A DNA stretch of 64,000 nt. It comes from Octopus sinensis. Taxonomy: Eukaryota. The stretch's first letter is position 1. Each line of letters opens with the position of its first letter. Below are positions 1 through 11,118 of this stretch, in pieces. The stretch is taken from the NCBI RefSeq assembly GCF_006345805.1, contig NC_042999.1, positions 113,336,001-113,400,000 of the forward strand. The letters are read 5' to 3'. The translations under genes were made by a program, and so were the position numbers. Under the pieces are notes generated by a model. That model did no database searches and had not been told where the DNA came from. It saw only the letters and a program-made list of their open reading frames with translations.

Positions 1-758
1 TTTTAAGGTTTGCTGTATTACATATATATTTTTTCCTAAAATATGATTGTGTGCAATTGCTTTTAGAAAAATTATTTTGGGGTTTGGATTATATTTCTTC
101 ATGACATTTTTTATACGCAGGTTCATATCTCCGTATTTTTTCTTTTGGCTTGGACTTTCTCCTTCCATAAACTTCTGCAGTTTGGTACTAGAAAACCTTC
201 CCTCACATTTAATCACATCAATATTTCCAAATATTTAGATGACTAATATTCACTGTGTTTTTCAACGTGCTGTGGTAGGCTTCTAAATTATTTGTAGTAT
301 GAGCAATCCCCGTCATATATCTATCCCAAACATTCCATATAGGTAATGGAAATGGAAGTTCAAGGCGTCGCCTCCTCTATCCTCTTCCTCTAGGTGATTC
401 TATATAATTATTTTCAAAATAGGATACAATTGATTGGAATATCGTCGTCATCTGCAAGTTGTTCATATCCATCTACATCATCAACCGGCAGGAAGGCAAG
501 GGCAACAAAACCCCACATTTTAGAACTAAAACTGTCGTCTTCGTGATATCTGCATTTTAGTCCTTCTTGCACAATATGCTTGTACACATTTTGTCCTAAA
601 TAAAACAAGCAGCATGCCAAATAACGCAGGAAACGATTCCAAAAATCCGTTATGGGTCGCTTTTTGAAATCCATAATTACAGCCTTGGCCAAAATACAAC
701 CTTGGCAGGTATGAAAAAACAGAGAATATGATTGAAACTCATTTATTTCATAACTGCA

Positions 759-759
<1 letters not shown>

Positions 760-814
<55 letters not shown>

Positions 815-864
815 TAATAATGATGATAATAATGATGATGATAATAATAATAATAATAATAATA

Positions 865-896
<32 letters not shown>

Positions 897-907
897 AATG
901 ATGATAA

Positions 908-985
<78 letters not shown>
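760..985. repeat. Compound (AAT)n/(GAT)n microsatellite
   Basis: Direct reading; source of the poly-N/D/I/Y ORFs in the track. Confidence 0.97.
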
Positions 986-986
<1 letters not shown>

Positions 987-1527
987 GCCCTGATGCAGTA
1001 CCAGGCAGTGGCTCTCATGGCTTCTGATCTTAGCCGATTGGAAGTGTTGCCATGTACATTGTTTTGTCTTGGTATAAAAGATGGGCTGCAGCAAATATTC
1101 TGCTCAATACCACAGATTTACTTGTCAGTTGTTTTACCTTAACCAGTTGAGCATGTCCCTTAGTGGCTGACGATATGTGCATCACTGATCATGAGCAGAA
1201 GTAGTGGGGGAGCATCATAGCCATGTGTTGAGAGGGATTTTTTTGGGTTTGAAAAATTCACCTTTGGAAACATGGCTGTTTCATTCAACATCCTTAAACA
1301 ACCCTTATTCAGAGACCTTTTGAGCTGGATGGGTTACTCGACCAGAAGAAAATTCTAACTGGGCCCCGCCTGTAAGGTCATGTGCTGTTTATCTTGATAT
1401 GAGATCACCATGTCGTGCACATATGGTTGTGGTGCATGTGCCTAGTGTACCCTTATCAGACGGGTATACTGGGTTTCGTATATTTTACCCCAGTGTCACT
1501 TTGATGGCATGCACTGCTCTCTCACTC
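987..1527. mobile_element. ~550-bp dispersed non-coding repeat flanked by AAT/AAC arrays (copy 1)
   Basis: Colinear, high similarity to 52632-53184 (starts GCCCTGATGCAGTACCAGGCAGTGG, ends CTCTCTCACTC); lacks 13 nt between two GGGTA microhomologies. Confidence 0.85.
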
Positions 1528-1531
1528 AGTA

Positions 1532-1631
1532 TTAACAACAACAACAGCAACAATAACAACAATAACAACAACAACAGCAACAACAACAACAAAAACAACA
1601 ACAACAATAATAATAATAATAATAATAATAA
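1532..1631. repeat. (AAC)n/(AAT)n microsatellite
   Basis: Direct reading. Confidence 0.95.
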
Positions 1632-1658
1632 ACATTTTTGAGTATATTCTATCAATAA

Positions 1659-2778
1659 TTAATATTTGATGTGTCTTCCTTTTGCTTTTATAACCGCTTT
1701 TGTGTTTTTGCATGCTTGAGACTAAGTTCTCACAATTGATTGGCTCAATTTTCTGCCACTTTTCATGAATTTTGGCTGTTAATTTACTTTTTGTACACAC
1801 TCACTCGTGCCCAAGTGTGACCATAAATGCTCAATGGGGTTGAGATCTTGAAATTTTTTTTTAGTGGTGGGCAGGGGCATTCCATCAACCTCATCCCTTT
1901 CTCCTCAAACCAACCCAGTGAGACTGGCTGTGTGATATGGAGCATTGTCTTGTTAGAAGATTACACCATCTGTTATGTTATCATTGAAAATTTCACCTGA
2001 GGAAGGTTGATAAACTTGGTCTAATATGCGAGTGCAAGTGTTGGAATTCATTCTACCCTCACAAGTGAACAACATTCCTGGGCCTGAAGACGACATGCAA
2101 TCCAAAGCCATTACGCTACCACTTCCTCCAAATTTGATTGTTGGAACAACACATCTCAGATCATAAGTTTCCCTAACTCTTCGATGAACATAAACAGCTC
2201 CAGAGGTTCCAAAGATCTGAGAAAAAATACAAATTTTACTGATTATTTTTGGTATCCAATAAAAAATATGTACAAGCGTAATACTAATATGGAGAACCTA
2301 CCTCAAAGTTGCTTTCATCGGAACAAACAACATTAGCACAATCATCAACAGTCTAATCTTCATGCTCTTTTGCCCAAGACAATCGCTTCTTCTTGTTCAC
2401 CTCAGGCAGCCACGGTTTCTTTCTAGCCTTACATTCTTTAAGCCGCCCAAATTCTAATAACCTTCTTCTCACTGTGCGAATTGATATCACTTTGTTGCTC
2501 TCCGAAACTCAGCAGCTATGGCAGAAGTGGATTTTTTTACTGTTGGCCAGATATGTTCTCTTCAGCGACCTGTCTTCCCTCAAGGTTGTACACTTTTTGT
2601 GACCTTGACCATCGCAGCTTTTGAAATGATTGGTCTCATTGTACCTTTTAATGGTTGTTTGGACACCGTTTCACGAGCATTTCAATTTTCTTGCAATTTT
2701 GACTTGGGATAATCCTTCTCTGAACAATGCAATGATTTGAGCCCTTTGAGCTTCAGAAATCTGTTTCTTCGGAGACAT
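1659..2778 (-). pseudogene. Tc1 transposase pseudogene with one 85-nt GT-AG intron (2217-2301)
   Basis: MSPKKQISEAQRAQIIALFREGLSQVKIARKLKC (HTH); SDESNFE^IFG across the intron; VPTIKFGG..SVM; F*QDNAPYHTA (~1926-1958); DLNPIEHLW (1821-1847). In-frame stops and frameshifts are present. Confidence 0.85.
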
Positions 2779-3882
2779 TTTCAACAAAGATCAACCACTG
2801 GTAAGTTAACAATAAGATATTCACTGGAAAAATAGGAAAAAATGTTAGTATCACACATTGAATGGCAGAAAATTGCCCCAGACACTTATGCAAAATATGC
2901 AAAAATGCATTAAAGCGGTCATAAAAGCAAAAAGAAAACGTATAAAATACTAATTATTGATGGGATATACTCAAGAATGTTTGTTATATTGTTTTCAGTT
3001 ATTAAGTGTTTTAATCATTTTCTCTATTTTTCCATACCCGCCCCATAATTTTGGCCAAGGCTGTATATTACCAGATCCTTCATTCTGCTGTAATTCATTT
3101 ATTTTGGGAAAAAAGTCTACTATATGTGACTAGTCTTTTGTCAAAGAGCAAGCGAACAATCGTGGGGCATTAAAATTATCAATTTGAATGTGAAGTGTAT
3201 ATAACTGAAAAAATATACTAGAACAGCACTTAAATGTTCCATCTGCTGTTTTAACTGTCGAAGTGCATTGTCATTTACAAATATTGGTATTCATTTTGAA
3301 TCTTCCATCCCGCTGTCATACTGTAAAACGTTTCATAATTGTCACGGTAGGAGTATTCACTTGGAATGAAAAGCCCAAAATTTGTAAGTGAGGTGGCAGG
3401 ATAGTTGGAAGCAGCTTGCCTCCAGCGTCTGATATTTCTATTAAACTGTGCAAACGGAGGTATTTGCGACAATGTACAGTCGTTTAAATTCTGAACTTCA
3501 CTAGCGATAATTGAGCGAGGGGCATCACGAGATGAAATAGATTTTACTTCAATATTTGAAACTATTGTCCTTGCATTTACCTCTGCAGCAGTTGAAGCGT
3601 GATTATGGATCCTAATCTTCTTAAGCTCTTTATAATTTTCATCTGTATGAAGTCTCGCCTTGCACACACGATTTTCGCACCTTCAATACATCTTCAATCC
3701 ATCTTCATTCTGCTTACTTATTTTTTTATGTATATATAATTTTCTTGATTGATCACTTTGATTTTTCCTTTCTCTGAAGTTATTATCTTGCAGGTAGTCA
3801 TGTTGATGGGTAGGCGTATTGAATAAATTTAATTCGATTTAGTTGAAAATCTTTGTTCGTAAACTGTTCGGTGCAGATACTC

Positions 3883-3916
<34 letters not shown>

Positions 3917-4224
3917 AGAGGGGGTTAAAGAGAGGAAAAAATATCTAAAACTGTCCAGCGACAATTTTAATTCTAAAGTGATTATTCTAAACTTTCCCTC
4001 GAAAATTACATTTAAGAGTATTTTGGGACGAATTGGCACACGACTAATTGACCTGGGGATGAATTGACCGACGACGAATTGACCAGAGACAAATTAAACG
4101 TCGATGAAATAACCGCAGACGAATTGTCCTCGCACCGTAATTTATAACATTATAAGACAAACATTTCGCAACAGAATCGTTGATCTTGGATATATATATA
4201 ATATGATAAAGCTGGCAGTGGGAA

Positions 4225-4360
4225 TTACTGATACAATTAATTTTTGCCAGCTGAGTGTACGCGAGTAATGTGAAATAGAATATCTTGCTCAGGGGCATAA
4301 TGTGCCGCTAGCAATCGAACTCAAGATTTTTAATCGTTAACCGAATATTCTTACCGCTTT
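4225..4360 (-). mobile_element. tRNA-derived SINE, family C (5' part)
   Basis: Shares TTTTTGCCAGCTGAGT...GTGAAAT...TCTTG with 6012-6270 and 13200-13400; B-box-like GAGTTCGATT on the minus strand. Confidence 0.65.
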
Positions 4361-4534
4361 CATTCAAATACAACACTGACCTCCCTGTCCTGCGAATCAG
4401 CAATTCTTTAGACGGTAGAATGAATTTGGAGAGAATTGATCTGCCATTTTTAGCACTTTCATCATCGAAACACTCGTTCACTTGTCCACAGACCTCTGGT
4501 AATTCTTTTATATTTAATTTTTGTTTGCTATCAT

Positions 4535-5038
4535 CTGTTTTTACTTGTTTCAGTCATTTTACTACGGTCATGCTAGTGCACTGCCTTGATGGGTTTTAGT
4601 CGAACAAATCGACTCAGGACTCAGTCTTTTGAACCTAGTACTTATTCTATCGGTCTCTTTTGCCGAACCGCTAGTGTTACAAGGACGCAAACACACCAAC
4701 ACCAGAAGACAAACACAAAGTCTCACACACACAAAGATACATATACGACGAGCTTCTTTCAGTTTTCGTCTACCAAATCCACTCACAAAGCTTTGGTCGG
4801 TTCGAGGATATAGTGAAAAAGAATATAGTGAAAAACACTTGCCCAAGGTGTAATGCAGTAAAACTGAACCCGGAATGATGTGGTTGTGAACCAAGCTTCT
4901 CACCACACAGCCATACCTGGAAGGGCTACTTTTCAGTTTCGACTACCAAATTCACCAACGCAAAGTGTCACGCAGTGGGATTGGATCCAAGACCATATGG
5001 TTGATAAGTAAGCTTCTTAAACACACAGCCATGCCTGG
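4535..5038 (-). mobile_element. SINE family A full copy (4535-4917) plus deleted head fragment (4925-5038)
   Basis: Matches 5625-5992, 22652-23022 and 54300-54780 (CTTTCAGTTT..CTACCAAAT, CACTTGCCCAAG, GAACCCGGAA, CCACACAGCCA). Confidence 0.85.
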
Positions 5039-5267
5039 GAAAACCATCTTTTCAATGAAGTTGCCTTTAATTAAATTTCTAAGGAAAAAAATTAGGCACA
5101 TTGATCGATCTTGTATTTCTAAACTCAGTAAAAAATGCAATTGTTTTTATTTTTGTTGTTGTTTACTTCGCAGAGAGAATCTTTTGAATGATGTTGGATT
5201 AAGAAGTAGAATGTGGGCAGAAAAAACGCAAAAGAGACACGTGATAAATGCAGTAGGGAGAGATAAT

Positions 5268-5280
5268 TATATATATATAT

Positions 5281-5327
<47 letters not shown>

Positions 5328-5470
5328 TGTATATATATGTATATGTATGTATGTATATATATATATATAATATATATATATATTATATATATATATATAT
5401 ATAAAATTATATATATATATATATATAATTATATATAATTATATATTTATATATATATATATATATGGTG
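5268..5470. repeat. (TA)n-rich microsatellite
   Basis: Direct reading. Similar TA/CATA/CA tracts occur throughout, e.g. 6290-6515, 8215-8310, 17245-17470, 20665-21350, 35540-35655, 39150-39545, 48055-48272, 53922-54295, 57290-57735, 63270-63540. Confidence 0.95.
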
Positions 5471-5624
5471 TGTGTATATATCAAATTGTTTCTGTACCAC
5501 TCGCTTTTTAATGCCATTGCACTCAAAAGTTCAATGTTGGAAGTTACGTAATGTTTGCGGTTTTTAAACACAAGAGAGACACTACCTCAGACTTGCATCA
5601 AAATGTGCGATCCTACATATTTCT

Positions 5625-5992
5625 TTTATTCTTTTACTTGTTTCAGTCATTTGACTGCGGCCATGCTGGGGCACCGTCTTTAGTCGAGCAAATCGACCCC
5701 AGGACTAGTACTTATCATATCGGTCTTTATTACCGAACTGCTAGCTTACGGGGACGTAAACACACCAGCATCGGTTGTCAAGCGATGTTGGAGGGAGGAC
5801 AAACACAGGCACACAAACATATACACGAACATACATAATTATATATATGACGGGCTTCTTTCAGTTTCCGTCTACCAAATCCATTCACAAGGCTTTGGTC
5901 GGCCCTAGGCTATAGTATAAGACACTTACCCAAAGTACCACGCAGTGGGACTGAACCCGGAACCATGTGGTTGGTAAGCCACTCCTACATCT
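5625..5992 (-). mobile_element. SINE family A
   Basis: Tail TTTTACTTGTTTCAGTC, GCCATGCTGG, body and tRNA-like head (GGGACTGAACCCGGAACC). Confidence 0.9.
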
Positions 5993-6011
5993 GTAAGCAA
6001 AAAAAAAAAAA

Positions 6012-6270
6012 CCGGCCGGTTACGACGAAGAGAGTTCCAGTTGATCCGATTAACGGAATAGCCTGCTCGTGAAATTAACGTGCAAGTGACTAAGTATTAC
6101 ACAGGCACATATACCCTTAACGTAGTTCTCAGTGTGACACAGAATGTGACAAGGCTAGTCCTTTGAAATACAGGTACTACTCATTTTTGCCAACTGAGTG
6201 GACTGGAGTAACGTGAAATAAAATGTCTTGGTCAAAGATACCGAATACCCTATCCACTAAACTACGTGTT
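6012..6270 (-). mobile_element. SINE family C
   Basis: Head similar to 4225-4360; 3' part is the reverse complement of 25570-25745. Confidence 0.7.
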
Positions 6271-6603
6271 TTCACGCATACACACACACACACACACACG
6301 CATATATATATAACACGTACATTCATATGTATGAATATATGTTCATGCATATATATGTGTGTATGTATGTGTATATGCATATATGTATATGCATACATAC
6401 ATACATGCATACATATACATATGTATGCATATGTACACACACATTTATATACATATCTATTTGTATATATATATATATATATATGTGTATATGTGCGTGT
6501 GTGTGTGTGTGTATAAAATATAAATAACAATTGAAGAACAACTGTCAATTCATTACGGCCGTTTCTAACGACTCCTTTAATTAATTAATGTAGATTAATC
6601 GAC

Positions 6604-6735
6604 ACCCCAGGCTAAAGAAGGTCCTCACTCACGTAAGGTGTTGTTATCTGTTTGGCGGGTATATGAGAGGTTTAGTCCACTTTGAACTTTTAAACCTAAA
6701 CCAAACGATAACAAAGGAGATCTACTTTCTACATT
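6604..6735 (+). mobile_element. Isolated internal fragment of the mariner at 6981-8213
   Basis: CCCAGGCTAAAGAAGGTC.TCACTCACGTAAGGT..TTAGTCCACT..AAAGGAGATCTAC repeats ~7664-7775. Confidence 0.8.
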
Positions 6736-6893
6736 ATACCAAGGTTCATATTTACATAATATTTTTGTGTATGTATATTATTCTGACATAACGCGGTGCC
6801 CCAACTTAAGTACCTAATTCAACTGAATCTTACTTATATCATATATATGTGTGTGTGTGTGTGTATGTATATATATAAACATATATATATACG

Positions 6894-6968
<75 letters not shown>

Positions 6969-6980
6969 ATATATACATAA

Positions 6981-8213
6981 TATAGGGTCATTCTATAAGC
7001 AATGCGGATTTTTCAATTTCATGAACTAAAAGTCGGAGGGGCTGGAATAAACTACCAGCATCAACTTGCTATAAAAGTTGGTAGTAATTTTACCTTTAGT
7101 AATTTTAGTTCAATTTTACCAGTTACTTTTTCAAACCTATAATGGAAGTCACAAAGGAGCATATTCAGCAAATTTTGCTTTATGAGTTCAATAAAGGCAA
7201 CAGTGCAATGAAATTGCGAGGAATATTAATGCAGTATATGGGGATCGGACAATAAGCGTAAGCCAGTGTCAACGGTGGTTCCAGAAATTCCGAGCCGGAA
7301 ATTACAACCTAGAAGACGAGCCTCGTCCTTGAAGATCTGTAGAGCTCGACGATGATGTCCTACAGAACTTGGTGGAACAACATCCCATCGTATCTGTTGA
7401 GGAACTAGCAGAGAAGCTTGGATTTAGTCATTCATCGACATCTGCATGCCATCGGAAAAGTCAGTAAATTGGGTCAATAGGTTCCTCACAATCTTTCCGA
7501 GTCTAATCACGCGCAGAGAATGAATGCGTGCTTTTCTTTGCTGTCATGTCTCATGAATGAACCCTTTTTGGACCGAATAGTGACTGGTTCTCTATAAAAA
7601 TGGGTTCTCTATAAACATGTCAAGTGCCGAAGACAGTGAGTATGGAAAGGAGAAATACCGGCATCCCAGGCTAAAGAAGGTCTTCACTCACGTAAGGTAT
7701 TGTCATTTGTTTGGTAGGATATGAAAAATTTAGTCCACTCTTAACTTTTAAACTCAAACCAAAGGAGATCTACTGCGTAAAGCTTGAGCGGCTTACGTCA
7801 GCGCTAGAAGAAAAACGACCATCTTTGGCTTCAAGATGAAAAGTGTTCTTCCATCAGGATAATACTCGGTCACATATAGCAAGGATGACATTCCAAAGGC
7901 TGGAACAGTTTCAATGGGAAATGATGCCCCACCCACCATACATATATTCGCCCCATCTGAATATCATTTATTCTGCGGTCTTCAAAATCATTTAAACTGA
8001 AAAAATATGAATTCTGTCAGAGCAGTACTAGAGGAGTATTTTTCGTCACGGACAAGTGAATTTTGGAAGAAGGGCCTTGCAAGTCTGCCAGATAGATGGA
8101 AGAGCACTGTAGAAAATGAAGGAGAGTATATTTTAGATTAAAAAACTTTATCTTAATTTTGAAAAATAAAAGAATTATAAAAAACCATATTATTTATTGG
8201 GTGACCCAACCAA
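6981..8213 (+). mobile_element. Near-full-length mariner element with decayed transposase (7142-8141)
   Basis: MEVTKEHIQQILLYEFNKG; QRWFQKFRAGNYNLEDEPRP; *VPHNL (WVPHEL motif); FLDRIVTG; FHQDNTRSH; PHPP...APSEYHLF; GEYILD*. Imperfect ~30-bp TIRs (AGGGTCATTCTATAAG.. / ..TTATTGGGTGACCC) embedded in (TA)n. Confidence 0.9.
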
Positions 8214-8231
8214 TATATATATATATATGTG

Positions 8232-8302
<71 letters not shown>

Positions 8303-8467
8303 TATATAAATTCACGTAGTTTTTTTACTTATATATTGATCATTCATTTTTATACTTTTTGAGAGAAAGTTATATGTTTTATAAAAATATATTTCATTTA
8401 TTATTTATGTTTTGGTTTATGTCTATCACTGTTTGAGTTGCATAATAGTGGTTTTATCTCTCTAATT

Positions 8468-8511
<44 letters not shown>

Positions 8512-8574
8512 TATATATATAATATAATTAGAGAGATAAAACCACTATATATACATATATATATATACATATTT

Positions 8575-8990
8575 CGCTATGCGACACAACGTTGTCGCTA
8601 AAATATACAATATTATTCAGAAAAAGGACTGTCTCAGGAGTAAATACAGAGAATCCCCGTTATTGAATACATGCATAAACATCAACACGACAAATGTTGG
8701 TGGAACATTCCCATCCAAACATCTCTCAAGTATAACCATAACCACCGGATATCGTTTTTGGGGGAGAAAGAAGGAAAAGTATGTATCAATACAGAGGTCA
8801 GCTGTCCTGCTGAGGTGAATATCTCTTTGAAAATTAAATAGAAAGAGAATAACTATGTGCAACTGCTTCGAAACCTCTAGCTTCTATATTCAGATTAGAA
8901 ATTCACAATTATACCAAAAGATATTTGATGCACTGGGTTTTGTGAGTAAATGCATAAGTGACAATGTGTATAAGTTTGGATTTCTAGAAA
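8575..8990 (+). mobile_element. Non-LTR retrotransposon fragment, restriction-like endonuclease (RLE) domain
   Basis: Frame-shifted RHNVVAKIY...CWWNIPIQTSLKYNHN.PDIVFW...EVSCPAEVNISLKIK*K; same family as 59240-59480 and 61865-62900. Confidence 0.7.
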
Positions 8991-10223
8991 ATGAAAGTGA
9001 GCAACTAACGCATTACAAATACTATCTGTAAGCGGAACAGAAAAAATGTGCAGGACTTTTCTCGAGTTTTATATCGGGCATATTTTTGCTATCATGATTC
9101 CAATGATGGAGCTTTGCATCTTTTTTAGAAACTAGCTCCTTCCCCAGAGAAAAAATTCAAATAATTAAGAAAACAAGAGGACATACATATATGCTCCCAC
9201 TATTTTTCATCTCATTAGTCATTCCTCAGTTTCATACTTAGAAGCAATCCTTTAGACGAGAATGCCCGTAAACTTATCTGAGTAAAAATATTTAAAATTA
9301 CAACCTTGTGGCTTGTATGTGCGTATTATGCATACGTGTGCGTATTGTGCATGTGTGTGTATGTGTGTGCGAATGCATGTGTTGTATTAAGTTATCATTT
9401 ATCATATAGATTTTTTTTTTTATTTTCAAAACAGTTCCTTGTTATTGTAACACTGTCACACCTACAAGATATTTTTTTCGAAACTTCAGTACAAGACTTT
9501 CCTAATTTTGAGCTCCACTTCTTAAGCTCTGTTTACTGGCATATACATGATCTGCTCTTTTGTAAGGGACGAGTCAAACCTTTCATCTGACACTGTGTGT
9601 CAGATAGAAGCAGTACACTGTGTTAGATAGTTGGTGTTGTTGTTTTGTAATTGCAGGTTATTTTCTTTAGTAGTGCTGGGAGTTAGCTTTGAGTTGGTGG
9701 TTGTGGTTGGGTCTGAAATTGTCGGAATGTTATTTTGCTTCTATAGAGTTAATGGAGAAAAACCTGACTTGAAAAAAGCAGCTTTGCAAAGAGTATCCTC
9801 GATGATAGATGACTATAGGAAATATATGAGAACATGATTGTTATGTTGTTCCTTTCAGTAAGCAGCTGTTATGTTATCAGTTGCAAAAGCCAGTGATAAA
9901 AGATTGAATGTCAGTCTGGTGATAAGAGATTCTGCATTGATTTTGTTGATTCTGTTTAGATTTACTGCAAGTATGGGTAAAATAGAAAGCCAAAAAAGAA
10001 AAGAAGGAATTGAATGAAAGAAAATAAGGGTGTGTGTAGGTTTAATGCAATGTTATATATGCACTGGTTAGTCGTATGGATGTTTCTTCTTCTTCGTGCA
10101 CAAATGCGTGTGTGTGTGTGCTTGGGTGTATCTGTGTGTGACCATTAGAGATTGGGCGCATTGAGAAAATACATCCATGTTATTTCATTTTAGTCCTGTC
10201 ACATGTATCTCATCTGCAAAGTG

Positions 10224-10269
<46 letters not shown>

Positions 10270-10844
10270 TATATATATACATTATGGTATTTTTATATAA
10301 GTTTAAAATGATCACTGTGCAATGACTAAGGAAAATAGTCTAACAACAGGCCCCTCGACAGAAAAAAGAAGAAGGCTTTTCTATCCACGTGGGATATGAA
10401 CCTACATCCCTTTGTTTACGCGACTAAGTGTGTTACCTTTACACCAGCGAATTAGCCTCTCTGTTTCCTTCAAATTTAAGAGCTATATTATTTTTTATTT
10501 ATTGTTTTTTATGTAAACAAACTTTCTATATGCTTTCGGTGCGAATGGTTTTGTTAATAATAATAATGGTATTTTTATACAAACCTAAAGCTTATGGCGA
10601 TCACCGTGCAATGACTAAAGAAAATAGTCTAATAAAGGGGCATATAAGCTATCGACAAAAAAATAAGGCTTTCCTATCTGTGTGGGATATATATATATAT
10701 ATATTCACATGTTTGTGAATGTGTGTGTGTGCATATATATGTATATGCATATATATGCACCTTAGCGTTGTATACAACAATTCCTGTCATATTTCACATA
10801 CACACATACACACACACATACACACACACATATATATATATCCA

Positions 10845-11118
10845 ATGGGTTCTTTCTCGTCAGGCGGTCAACAAAGAGTACCTTGTGAACGGTTTGAGCG
10901 AGTTGAGGAAGAGATTTCGTCGCAAAAGCCAGATCTCTTCTACCTGGGCACCTTCAGTTTGAAGGATTTCCATGGGGCCTTCACAAAGTCCTTGGAGTGC
11001 TACAATAAGTACATTGAAATCAAAGCATCCTACTTTGAAGGAGATTTGAGTTTTCTATCTCTTTGAAATCCAAGCTTTCTCCTGAAAATGTCTCAAAACT
11101 ACTGAATTGCACCTCGTG
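10845..11118 (+). mobile_element. Mariner-like 3' fragment with terminal TIR remnant
   Basis: NKEYLVNGLSELRKRFRRK, then GAFTKSLECYNKYIEIKASYFEGD; ends CTGAATTGCACCTCGT; related to 43040-43440. Confidence 0.65.

Larger units (their letters stand above)
680..3063 (-). mobile_element. Tc1-family DNA transposon with ~200-bp imperfect TIRs and TA target duplication
   Basis: TA|CAGCCTTGGCCAAAAT at 678-695 and ATTTTGGCCAAGGCTG|TA at 3048-3065. TIR similarity extends over 680-758 plus 1632-1758 versus 2862-3063. Transposase motifs lie inside. Confidence 0.9.
1..4136 (-). mobile_element. Degenerate FLYWCH-MULE (Mutator-like) DNA transposon, split by a Tc1 insertion; 3' end runs off the window
   Basis: Minus-strand translation gives FLYWCH-like MY*RCENRVCKARLHT...HNH (~3590-3700), ADGTFKC (~3226-3246) and FQLYTLH. 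After the Tc1 it resumes as IMDF..., CLFYLGQNVYKHIVQEGLKCRY, ALAFLP (414-677) and WNVWDR...TTNNLEAYH (~260-345). A 15-bp-period subterminal array lies at 4027-4136. Stops and frameshifts are present. Confidence 0.8.

Noticed and set aside
414-1142. Long ORFs (226 aa, 136 aa) with poly-Y/I/N/D
   Set aside because: They are translations of the (AAT)/(GAT) tract. Only the last ~80 aa of 414-1094 is meaningful, and it is the MULE remnant.
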